This document shows positions 48,771 to 57,900 of a DNA stretch of 64,000 nucleotides, piece by piece (position 1 is the first letter of the stretch; the number at the start of each line of letters is the position of its first letter). The notes beneath the pieces are model-generated. The model was given only the letters and a program-made list of their open reading frames with translations. It did no database searches and had not been told where the DNA came from. The DNA comes from an uncultured Candidatus Binatia bacterium (GTDB taxonomy: Bacteria > Desulfobacterota > Binatia > Bin18), in NCBI GenBank assembly GCA_965200965.1, contig OZ241744.1, positions 1,888,001 to 1,952,000 on the forward strand. The letters are read 5' to 3'. The position numbers and the translations under genes were made by a program.

Positions 48771-50131
48771 ACAGCAATCTGCGCAACACGCTCAAGCTCC
48801 TTGTTGGGGCAGTCGGGTTTCTCGCCATGCTGATCGCTATCCAAGCGGTCCTCGTCCACTACAACCGACGGATCGACCTCACCCTGCAACAGAAGTTCAC
48901 CCTCGCCCCCCGCACCCGGCATGTGGTGTCGAACTTGCAGCAAGATGTCCACGCCCTCGCCTTTATCCACCCAGACCGCCCCGAGAATTTCTTTCTGGCC
49001 GATATGCTAGGCCGTATGGACGCCCTGTCACCGCACTTTCGCTACACGATCGTCGATATGAACCGCAGCCCGGCTACGGCCCAGCAGTACAACGCCCGCC
49101 GCTACGGCACAATTGTGTTTGAATCAGCCGGTCGCAGCCGCCACTCTTCCCTGCACTCCGGTGAGAACGACGTTGTCGCCGCCCTCTTGCACGTCACCCG
49201 CAGCGCAGAAAAAATGATCTATTTTACAACCGGTCATGGTGAAGGCGACCTCAGTGACCCCCAGCCGGAGGACGGCTACACCAAGCTCCGGGGCGCTATG
49301 GCGGACGAGTTTTACGTCGCCAAACAGATCTCGCTGGCCGATACCGGCGGTGTACCGGACGACGCCGAGGTGGTCGTCTTGCTCGGTCCCAAAGATCCGT
49401 TCATGCCCTTTGAACTGCAAGCCCTGGAGGCCTTTCTGAAACGGGGGGGGGCGCTGTTTGTCATGATCGATCCCAACAGCGCGTCAAATCTCGCCTCTTT
49501 TCTGGAGCAATACGGGGTGCATCTGCTGGATTATATCGCTGTTGATCCCTCAAAACGGATCTATGCCGGAGAATCCATCACCTTTCGCGCCTCACGGACC
49601 GCCACCACCCACGATATGATCAAAGCGGTCAACGCCCCGCCGATCTTTTCCCTGTCTCGGGTCGTTGAAGTGCGCCAGGACCTCGATAAAGGCATCAGAG
49701 CCGCGCCTATTCTGGCCACCTCCGGCTCTGGCTTCGGCAGCGCCGAGCAGCGTATCTCCGCCCGGCAAGAGCTTCAGCTTGTTGCCGGGCGTGACCTGCG
49801 CGGCCCTGTCCCGATCGCCGGGGAAGTCCTTGTGAGCAACGCCGACGGCAGCACTGGACGGATCGTGGTCTTTGGCGATGTGGATTTTGCCCACAACGGG
49901 CTGCTTGACCAGGGCGGCAACCGCGACCTGTTCATCAACGCTGTCAACTGGCTGGCCGACGACGTTGGTCAGGTCGGTGAACGGGCTGCCAGGCAACCGG
50001 CTGGGGTGAAGCAGTTCTACCTGACCGACCAACAAGGCCGCCGGATTCTTCTTGTGAGCACCGCCATCCTGCCGGGCTTCTTTCTGCTTATCGGCGTCGG
50101 CGTGTTTGTGTGGCGGAGGCAGCGCGGATGA
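48767..50131 (+). CDS. GldG-like ABC auxiliary component
   Basis: RIDLT..KFTL, YFTTGHGE, VFGDVDF, NRDLFINAVNWL, C-terminal TM. Confidence 0.88.
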   Translation: MNSNLRNTLKLLVGAVGFLAMLIAIQAVLVHYNRRIDLTLQQKFTLAPRTRHVVSNLQQDVHALAFIHPDRPENFFLADMLGRMDALSPHFRYTIVDMNRSPATAQQYNARRYGTIVFESAGRSRHSSLHSGENDVVAALLHVTRSAEKMIYFTTGHGEGDLSDPQPEDGYTKLRGAMADEFYVAKQISLADTGGVPDDAEVVVLLGPKDPFMPFELQALEAFLKRGGALFVMIDPNSASNLASFLEQYGVHLLDYIAVDPSKRIYAGESITFRASRTATTHDMIKAVNAPPIFSLSRVVEVRQDLDKGIRAAPILATSGSGFGSAEQRISARQELQLVAGRDLRGPVPIAGEVLVSNADGSTGRIVVFGDVDFAHNGLLDQGGNRDLFINAVNWLADDVGQVGERAARQPAGVKQFYLTDQQGRRILLVSTAILPGFFLLIGVGVFVWRRQRG

Positions 50132-50688
50132 GCTGGCGTCGCATCGGCCTGTATTACGGCTTGGCGGTCATCTTTGGTGCGCACTTCTTTGCTTTTGTGT
50201 GGGACCCGGCCGGTGAAGGACCCCGCATAGGAGAGGCCTACGCGCCGGCCCAGAGCCGTTTTCTCCCCTTTTCACGCGAGTCCGTCCAAGAGCTTGAATT
50301 GCACCGCGACGGACAAGTGATCCGGTGCCGGCTCGACAGAGACACTTGGCGGGTAATCGAACCCGAGGGAGGGAACGCTACCTCATCGCTGGTGACGAGC
50401 CTGATTGAAAACCTGACCCTGGAACAGGAGACCCGGGTAGTGCAGGAAGCGGCCGATGATCTGGCCGCCTACGGTCTCAAGCCGCCGCACGCCACGATTG
50501 TACTCAAGGGCAGGACCGAGGCTGATTTAGCCACCGTTTTTATTGGTGGCCGCAACCCCACCTCAACCGCGGTATACGCCAGCAAAGAGGGTTCTTCTGA
50601 GGTCGTGCTGTTAGGCTATAGCGCGTTCTACTATGAAGAACTGCTGTTTGAGGCAGCCACCGGCTCCACCGCCGGCACAACACAGTGA
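50128..50688 (+). CDS. DUF4340-like protein
   Basis: DLAAYGLKPP, IGGRNPT..VYA; usual position after GldG. Confidence 0.75.
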   Translation: MSWRRIGLYYGLAVIFGAHFFAFVWDPAGEGPRIGEAYAPAQSRFLPFSRESVQELELHRDGQVIRCRLDRDTWRVIEPEGGNATSSLVTSLIENLTLEQETRVVQEAADDLAAYGLKPPHATIVLKGRTEADLATVFIGGRNPTSTAVYASKEGSSEVVLLGYSAFYYEELLFEAATGSTAGTTQ

Positions 50689-50733
50689 ACGATGATGACC
50701 TTTTCTCTCAAGATGATCTCATCGTTCACTGTG
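50681..50733. repeat. 53-bp hairpin, possible diverged relative of the 51-bp element
   Basis: CACAGTGAACGATGA...TCATCGTTCACTGTG perfect 15-bp stem. Confidence 0.6.
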
Positions 50734-50805
50734 GGCAGCCCCGAGCCGGCGCAGGACACAGGAGAGGCACCGGCCCTTGAGCAGGGCTGAGCCTTGCCAG
50801 CGTCC

Positions 50806-51357
50806 ATGTCGCCCCTCTGCAAAAAATTGGGCTTCGTCATGGCGGCGTGGTGTGGCCTAGCGCTCAGCGCTTGCCCGTCGTCCCGGGAGCCCAGCGTTCA
50901 CGACGACATCAAACAGTATCTGGAAAAGAAGCACGACTGGCTGCCGACCGAGAACCAGGTGAATGCAGCCATAGAGATCGTCCGTCGCGATCACTTTGTC
51001 CACGACGATCTGACGGTCAACGTCCTGACGCCATTCATTGGCCTCAGTCAGGACTATATTCGAGAGCTTGAGGCCTACCAGCCCCGCACTCCTCCGGTCT
51101 CCACCATTCACCAGCAGTACATTGAGGGCTGGCGGGCGTATCAGTTTGCCATTGCCGCCGCGGTTGACGCCGCCGAGCGTCAGGACTATGGGCAGCTTTC
51201 CAGCGCCAACGCCGATCTTTTCCGGGCTCAGCAACTGGTCATGAACACCAGCGCCAACCTCAACCACCTGGCCGAACGGACCGGAATCAGTCCGCCCGAC
51301 CCGCCTGAGCAGGCACAGGACACGCCGCCAACAGCCGGCGAAGTCGTGATCAAATAG
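50806..51357 (+). CDS. Hypothetical lipoprotein
   Basis: LALSAC lipobox; helical body; start uncertain. Confidence 0.7.
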   Translation: MSPLCKKLGFVMAAWCGLALSACPSSREPSVHDDIKQYLEKKHDWLPTENQVNAAIEIVRRDHFVHDDLTVNVLTPFIGLSQDYIRELEAYQPRTPPVSTIHQQYIEGWRAYQFAIAAAVDAAERQDYGQLSSANADLFRAQQLVMNTSANLNHLAERTGISPPDPPEQAQDTPPTAGEVVIK

Positions 51358-51471
51358 CGTTGGAGCCATGTTGGAACCATGACAGAAGTCCCCGCCATTG
51401 TCGGAACCGGAGTTGCTATCCGCCTGTATTTACCCCAATTTTCTGCCGTGTGGAAAGAGCGTCCTGGAAAC

Positions 51472-51500
51472 TTGCACAAGCAGGCGCTTTTCGGTATAAG
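51472..51500 (+). promoter_or_regulatory. Putative sigma70 promoter for DUF1302 gene
   Basis: TTGCAC-N17-TATAAG. Confidence 0.4.
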
Positions 51501-51628
51501 GCCAGAACGCAGACCGAAGAGAGGGCATCCGAAGGGAGAGAAAGGAGGTTTGTCACCACAGGAGGAACATGCGCAAGAGGAAGAGGATGGAACAAGAACA
51601 GGAGAGACCGCATCAAGGAGGGCATAGA

Positions 51629-54043
51629 ATGAGAAGGGCAAAAACACTGGGACGACGCATCGTCCTGGGTGCAGTGGTAGGCGTGCTTGGACTGCTTACC
51701 TGGGGGACGGACGCCTGGGCTTCGATCCGCTTGGCCCCGGATATCGAATTGCAGACCTGGTACCGCATGCGTCACAGTTTCCAGACCGACTCTGACCATT
51801 TTGACTGGGTGCAGTGGCGGAACGAAGGCTTTGTCTGGCTGACCTACGACAACTTCTATCGGCGGGGCAAGCTGTTCAACAAGTTCGAGATTCCGGTGCC
51901 GCTGGTTGAGACCGCCTCGGTCAGCGCCCGCTGGCGTTCGCGGGTTGACCCGGTGTATGTGATTCGTGACCACTACAAGGACCTGTACGACGAAGAGCAC
52001 ACCCAGAACTTTCTGGTGCCAGAGAACGGCTTTCGGGACCTGTACCTCGACATTGACCACGGCTATATCGGCCCAGGCAAGCTGTACACCCGCTGGGGCT
52101 ATCAGCAGGTGGTGTGGGGCGAGTCTGACCTGTTCCGCTCCATTGATATTGTCAACCCGCTGCGGATTGACCAGAACTTTGGCGTGGGCGAGAAGTTTGA
52201 CGAGTTCCGCAGCCCGATTCTGGCCCTCAAGGCCCTGTACGATATCGGCAACATCGGCACCTGGATCTCGGGTGCCGGTCTTGAAGCCTTCTATACCCCC
52301 AGATACCGCACCGGCACGACCGACCTGCTGCTCGAAGATGGCTGGCGGCTTCAGTATCAGGCACGCGGCTGTGAAAAGGACGGGGTGTATTACGACTGGT
52401 CCATCGCCGATTGCGGGACAACAGGTTCAGATAACACCATCCGCATACTGCCCTACCGGCCGGCCTGGCTCGGCAGCCGGCGCTCTGACCATCCCTGGTC
52501 GCTCAATATCACCGGCAACAACGCCAGAACCGACTCGGCTGACTTCATCTGTCATTTCAGCCCCAGTTCCCTGCCCCACCATGCTGGCGATATGAGCCGA
52601 CGCTGCGCCCCCGATGTGCCAGGCGACCGGATCACTGCCATCGTCAACCTGCCCAAAGGCAACGCGCACCACCACAGCCGGGGTCACTGGCACTCGGCCG
52701 GCGTTCGCTTTATCGGCAGCACCTGGTTCAACCTCGACTTCTCCCTCAACTACATGTACATCCCCTACACCTTTGCCAACGGCAACACCGTCGGCGACTT
52801 CAGCAATTATGGGGATGGCTATGTGCCGCAGCTGATGTGGAATGAAGACAACATGGTCGTAGAAGAACAGAACTTCTACGAGGGGAATTTCCAAGAGGGC
52901 CTGCTCCGCTGTCTGTCGGAGAGCGGCAAACAGGGCGTGGCCCGCACCGGCCGGACTAGCGGTGGCTTCTTTGGGTCACTGCACGGGACCGACCTCGGCG
53001 GCTATAACTGGGGAGAGCGGAGGCTCGACGAAAACGGCAGAGCGACCGAGGGAGCCAGACAAAAGCACGCTATCAGGCAGAACTACAGCATCTGCACCAA
53101 CGGGTTCAGCCACCAGCGACGCTACTCCAATGTGGCCGGTTTCACCCTGACCTACAACGACTTTGACTACACCGGCGCGGTCTTCCGCGTAGAGCAGAGC
53201 TACAGCACCAAGGAAGCCCTGAACAAACGGGCCGCGGGTGTGACTGAGCCTGGTCAACGCGCTCGGCGCAATGGCCGGATTCTGAACAGCGGCGCGGTGT
53301 GGCGCAGCATGGTCGGTTTTGACCTGATCCAGTCCCTGATGAGTTACCCCGGCATGGGCTGGACCCGCCATCTGCCGGGTCAGTTTGGCGTGCAGCAGTC
53401 CTTCCTGACCGGCCAATGGCTGATGCAGTACAACGCCACCGGCCGTTCAGGCGTAACCGGCAATATGTGTAACTGGAACTTCGCCCAGGGCTTGCTCGGT
53501 TCGGCCGACAGCCTGCCCTACTTCAACCAACATGGGCAGCGGACAGACAACGCCGGGAACCTCATCGTCCAAGGCACAAATGCCGCGGGCGAGGACCAGT
53601 GGTACCGCCTGAACGATGGAGTCGAAGGCAGGGGAGACGGCGGCACATACTCTCGTGCGGACCTCACTCCGGTAGACGAAGCAGACATCACGCGGGCCGA
53701 ATACAACGAGGACAACCCCAGCGACCCACTCAACCCAAAGCGGGATGCGGTGCCCGGGTGTAGCACCAAACGCTGGAACCACCTGTTCACCCTGGGCCTG
53801 GCCGGCAACGGCTACTTCCGGGGCAAGCTGGAAGGCCGCAACGCGGTCGCCTGGGAGCCGCGCGGTTCCCATGTGCTGCTGTTCTCGCAGTGGTGGTGGC
53901 GTGAGTTGAGAGGCATGCCGCTCGACATATCGTTCGGCACGGCCTGGTTCCTGGGCAGCCAGAACAGCAACTCCTGGTCGCTGCTCAACTACTTCGCCAA
54001 CCGCGACCTGGTCTGGTTTGAAGCGACCTACTACCTCCTGTAG
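51629..54043 (+). CDS. DUF1302-like outer-membrane protein
   Basis: Signal peptide; FRDLYLD, GYQQVVWGESDLFRSIDIVNP, C-terminal NRDLVWFEATYYLL beta-signal-like end. Confidence 0.78.
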   Translation: MRRAKTLGRRIVLGAVVGVLGLLTWGTDAWASIRLAPDIELQTWYRMRHSFQTDSDHFDWVQWRNEGFVWLTYDNFYRRGKLFNKFEIPVPLVETASVSARWRSRVDPVYVIRDHYKDLYDEEHTQNFLVPENGFRDLYLDIDHGYIGPGKLYTRWGYQQVVWGESDLFRSIDIVNPLRIDQNFGVGEKFDEFRSPILALKALYDIGNIGTWISGAGLEAFYTPRYRTGTTDLLLEDGWRLQYQARGCEKDGVYYDWSIADCGTTGSDNTIRILPYRPAWLGSRRSDHPWSLNITGNNARTDSADFICHFSPSSLPHHAGDMSRRCAPDVPGDRITAIVNLPKGNAHHHSRGHWHSAGVRFIGSTWFNLDFSLNYMYIPYTFANGNTVGDFSNYGDGYVPQLMWNEDNMVVEEQNFYEGNFQEGLLRCLSESGKQGVARTGRTSGGFFGSLHGTDLGGYNWGERRLDENGRATEGARQKHAIRQNYSICTNGFSHQRRYSNVAGFTLTYNDFDYTGAVFRVEQSYSTKEALNKRAAGVTEPGQRARRNGRILNSGAVWRSMVGFDLIQSLMSYPGMGWTRHLPGQFGVQQSFLTGQWLMQYNATGRSGVTGNMCNWNFAQGLLGSADSLPYFNQHGQRTDNAGNLIVQGTNAAGEDQWYRLNDGVEGRGDGGTYSRADLTPVDEADITRAEYNEDNPSDPLNPKRDAVPGCSTKRWNHLFTLGLAGNGYFRGKLEGRNAVAWEPRGSHVLLFSQWWWRELRGMPLDISFGTAWFLGSQNSNSWSLLNYFANRDLVWFEATYYLL

Positions 54044-54219
54044 ACCGTCCTCACCCCGGCGGGGGGGCGTCCTGCTCTCCCGCCGTCTCCGCCTTTTTCC
54101 TGCACCGCTTTTCCTTACAGGAACTCTTGACTTTTTTAGAAAATCGCACAAAGGGATGGGGTCATACCGCTCTACCGGGGAGAACCACACTCCGCACCAC
54201 CAAAGGAGGGTAACAGGCG

Positions 54220-55323
54220 ATGGATACGCACAGGGCCGGCAGTGCCCGCACCAGTCTGAGTTTCTTTGCGCTAGCCGCCATACTTGGTCTTGGGCTAGCC
54301 GGCTGTCACCGGGACTATTCGGCAGCATTTGTCGATAAACTCATCACCCGCACCGATAAATTCTTTGATGTTGCCCACGCCACCGGCGACACCTTTGTCG
54401 TCGTCGGCTACAACGGTCGTATCATCCGCTCTGAGGACGCCGGTGAAACCTGGGCAGAGGTTGAGTCTCCCGCAGAATGGGCGCTCAACCAGGTCGAGTT
54501 CAAAGGAGATGATGGCTGGGCGGTCGGCCACTACGGCACTGTGCTCAACTCGCGAGATGGCGGCAAAACCTGGACCCAGCAGGACTCGCGCACCGAAAAA
54601 ACCCTGTTCTCGGTCTCTTTTGTTGACAAGCTGCACGGCTGGGCGAGCGGTGACGAATCCACCGTGATCTGGACGGATAACGGCGGAGAGTCCTGGAATG
54701 CCAAACGCATTGAGGTATCGCAGGTCGGCCTTAACGAAGATATGGCCCTGGCCATCCCTGATATCATGTACTACGGCATCCATTTCGTTGACGCCCAAAA
54801 CGGCTGGATGGTGGGCGAGTACGGCAATGTCCGCAACACCACCGATGGCGGCCAGACCTGGGGATCGCAGCACGGCAGCCTGATCGAGGGGCTGAGAAAG
54901 ATGGGTGTGGTGGCCTCGGATGTGATGTCGCTGGCGGCCTTCTTCCGCGTCCATTTTACCGATCCCGATAACGGCTTCATCGTTGGCGGTGGGGGCGCGG
55001 TGGCCTCAACTACCGATGGCGGCCAGAACTGGACATGGGTCTCCCGGGATGGCACGGGGGCTGATGTTCCGAGCATGCCCATCTATGACCTTGTTCAACC
55101 CACCGACGACGGCACAATTGTTGCGGTCGGCTCCAACGGCCTAGTGCTGAACGCCGACACCAACGGCAACTGGACCCAGGCCAACGCCGACGCCGATGTG
55201 TTCACCTGGCTCAACGGGGTGGCTATCGCCGACAGCGGCAAGGGCGTCATGGTCGGCGGCAAGGGGAGTATTCTGCTGACCAGCGACGGCGGCAAAACCT
55301 GGCGTCCTATTCAAGACCAGTAA
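54220..55323 (+). CDS. YCF48-related beta-propeller lipoprotein (BNR/Asp-box repeats)
   Basis: Lipobox LAGC; repeated S/T-x-D-G-G-x-T-W motifs. Confidence 0.88.
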   Translation: MDTHRAGSARTSLSFFALAAILGLGLAGCHRDYSAAFVDKLITRTDKFFDVAHATGDTFVVVGYNGRIIRSEDAGETWAEVESPAEWALNQVEFKGDDGWAVGHYGTVLNSRDGGKTWTQQDSRTEKTLFSVSFVDKLHGWASGDESTVIWTDNGGESWNAKRIEVSQVGLNEDMALAIPDIMYYGIHFVDAQNGWMVGEYGNVRNTTDGGQTWGSQHGSLIEGLRKMGVVASDVMSLAAFFRVHFTDPDNGFIVGGGGAVASTTDGGQNWTWVSRDGTGADVPSMPIYDLVQPTDDGTIVAVGSNGLVLNADTNGNWTQANADADVFTWLNGVAIADSGKGVMVGGKGSILLTSDGGKTWRPIQDQ

Positions 55324-55335
55324 AAGGAGACACGC

Positions 55336-57777
55336 ATGGCTGACGAAACATTACACGCGCTTCAGGAAAAGCCAGCCCTCTACCGCCTTGGCGAAGGCTT
55401 GATCCGGCTCCGCTTTCCGATCACCCTCACCGTTGCCATCCTGACCGGCTTCATGGCCTATCAGGCCTCACAGCTGGAGATGTTCACCCAGTTCAGCAAC
55501 CTGCTCCCCTACCAGCATCCCTGGATTCAGGTCCATTTCCGGTTTGCCGAGCAGTTCGGGGGTGCGAACAACGTCAACATCATGCTCAAGGTCAAGGAGG
55601 GCGATGTCTTTACCAGGGAGTTGCTGACCAAGATCTATGACATGACCCAAGCCATTGACCGGGTGTCGGGGGTGAACCATGACCAGATCGAGTCCATCGG
55701 CCACCGCACCACCCGCTACCTGACCGTCCTGGGGGGAACGATTGCCACCCCACCGGTCATGCGCCGTCCGCCAAAAACCGATGCCGAGGTCGCTGAGATC
55801 AAAGAGATTTGTTACAATGACGAATCCATCTACGGCCAGCTCGTCTCGCTCAACGGCAAAGCCTTGCTGATCAAGGCCAATTTCATTGAGGGCCGTCTCG
55901 ACTACAAAGAGATATTTGACCAGATTTCCCGGACGGTCAAAGAACCGTTTGAAACCGAAAACCACGAGATCTATGTCGCCGGCGAGCCGCAACTGTACGG
56001 TTGGATCTACTACTACGCCAACGAGGTGTTCTATGTCTTTCTGGCCGCCACCCTGGTGTGCTGGATTCTGCTGTACCTGTACTTCCACGACTGGCGGGGC
56101 GCGTTGCGGCCAACCATCACCGGCATTATCTCGGCCTTCTGGGGCTTGGGCATCCAGTCCATGATGGGTTTTGCCATGGACCCCCTGGCCCTGGTCATCC
56201 CCTTCTTTGTGACCGCCCGGGCAGTCAGTCACTCGGTCCAGATGCACGAGCGCTATTATGAGGAGTACCGGCGCTGCAACTGGAACAAGGAAAGGGCCAT
56301 TGTCTCGGCCTTTGCCGAACTCTTCGTACCGACCCTGAGCGGGATTATCACCGACTCGCTGGGCATGTTGGTGATCATCATCGTTCCGGTGGTTATTCTC
56401 CAGCGGATCGCGATTTCGGCTTCCATCTGGGTCGCGTCGGTAGCGATCAGCGAGCTGCTGCTTAACCCAGTCGTCTACTACTACCTCAGAGCCCCTGACC
56501 GGGAAAAAGTCATCAAACGAGAGGAGGGCTGGTTCCAGAATCTTATTGGCCGGGCATCGGCCTGGATTGTCGTTCCTCGCAACTCCAAGATGATCATCTC
56601 GTTCTGGGTCGTCGCCTTTCTTATTTCCATGACCCAGGTCCGCCACCTGACCATCGGCGACCCCAGCGCCAGCACCCCGCTCCTCCATCTGGACTCTCCC
56701 TATAACCAGGCCCATCTGGAGATTCAGCGATTCTTTGGCGGCATTGAGCCCCTCATCATCGTGCTCGAAGGCCGGGATAAGGATGTGCTCAAAGACCCCA
56801 CCCTGCTGCGCAACATGGAGAGCTTCCAGCGCTACATGGAGCGTGATCCAGATATTGGCTACAGTTTCTCGCTGGCCGATATCATCCAGTCGATCAACAT
56901 GACGTTCTACGATATGCAGCCGCGCTGGGGCGTGATTCCGGAGGAACGCCAAAAAGTCAGCGCGCTGTTCTTCTTCTTCTTTGCCGGTGCGCCGCCGGGC
57001 GAAACCTCGCGCTTTCTTGACCCCAGTTATACCACCACCCGGGTGACCTTCTACTGCGCCAACCACCAGGGCGACAACATCGCCCGGATCATGCACTTCG
57101 TGCAGCAATACGTTGCCGACAACCCGCTCGAAACCGCGGACTATCGCCTAGCCGGTGGCCTGATCGGGGTAACCGCGGCGGCCAACGAGGAGATTCTGAA
57201 GAACGATATTCTGATGAACGCCCTGGGGTTCGGCACGATCTTTCTGATCGTGATGTTTACCTACCGCTCCCCGGTCGCCTCCCTGGTGATGATGATCGGC
57301 CTGTTCCTGGCCAACGGCATTGTCAACGCCTACATGGGCTTTCGCAACATCGGGATCAACCTCCAGTCGCTGCCGATTGTGACCGTCGGGGTCGGTTTTG
57401 GCATTGACTACGCCCTCTACATCGTGAGTCGGGCGGTTGAAGAGTACAACGGCCCGACTGTGGCGAAATCGATCGAGGAGTATACGGCTGGCAAGGATCT
57501 CAGCGAAAAAGACCTCGAGTCCTACCGGGTCAGCGAATCGGTCCGCATGGGGCTGTATACGGCCGGCAAGGCCGTGACCTTTACCGCCGCCACCCTGATC
57601 GCCGCCACCATGCTGTGGGCCTTTGCCAGCATCCGTTTCTGTTCTGAAATGGGTCTGTTGCTGGCCCTGTGGATGGGCATCAGCTTCTTTGGGGCGTGTA
57701 CTTTTGTCCCTGCTGCGCTGGTGCTGTGGAGACCAAAGTTCTTCCTGCGCGCAGCCAAAGAGGGCATTATCGCCTGA
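55336..57777 (+). CDS. RND/MMPL-family transporter
   Basis: Two periplasmic domains with about 12 TMs; ARAVSHSVQ, GVGFGIDYALY, AGKAVTFT. Confidence 0.9.
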   Translation: MADETLHALQEKPALYRLGEGLIRLRFPITLTVAILTGFMAYQASQLEMFTQFSNLLPYQHPWIQVHFRFAEQFGGANNVNIMLKVKEGDVFTRELLTKIYDMTQAIDRVSGVNHDQIESIGHRTTRYLTVLGGTIATPPVMRRPPKTDAEVAEIKEICYNDESIYGQLVSLNGKALLIKANFIEGRLDYKEIFDQISRTVKEPFETENHEIYVAGEPQLYGWIYYYANEVFYVFLAATLVCWILLYLYFHDWRGALRPTITGIISAFWGLGIQSMMGFAMDPLALVIPFFVTARAVSHSVQMHERYYEEYRRCNWNKERAIVSAFAELFVPTLSGIITDSLGMLVIIIVPVVILQRIAISASIWVASVAISELLLNPVVYYYLRAPDREKVIKREEGWFQNLIGRASAWIVVPRNSKMIISFWVVAFLISMTQVRHLTIGDPSASTPLLHLDSPYNQAHLEIQRFFGGIEPLIIVLEGRDKDVLKDPTLLRNMESFQRYMERDPDIGYSFSLADIIQSINMTFYDMQPRWGVIPEERQKVSALFFFFFAGAPPGETSRFLDPSYTTTRVTFYCANHQGDNIARIMHFVQQYVADNPLETADYRLAGGLIGVTAAANEEILKNDILMNALGFGTIFLIVMFTYRSPVASLVMMIGLFLANGIVNAYMGFRNIGINLQSLPIVTVGVGFGIDYALYIVSRAVEEYNGPTVAKSIEEYTAGKDLSEKDLESYRVSESVRMGLYTAGKAVTFTAATLIAATMLWAFASIRFCSEMGLLLALWMGISFFGACTFVPAALVLWRPKFFLRAAKEGIIA

Positions 57778-57800
57778 CCCGGCGTACAGCCACAGCAGCG

Positions 57801-57845
57801 AACCAGGAGGGGACGGGTCTCGGGCCCGCCCCCTCCTGGTTTCTT
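57801..57845 (+). terminator. Intrinsic terminator-like hairpin
   Basis: ACCAGGAGGG...CCCTCCTGGT followed by TTCTT. Confidence 0.55.
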
Positions 57846-57900
57846 CCAAAGAAATGTGGAAAGATGCCCCGTCTTCACACCCAAAAGGAGGACAGTACAT

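Noticed and set aside
55468-57108. Long antisense ORFs (546 aa here; also 944-2089, 3997-5328, 26253-27149, 45041-46402)
   Set aside because: They are shadow ORFs opposite well-supported genes, expected in high-GC DNA, and have no recognisable motifs.
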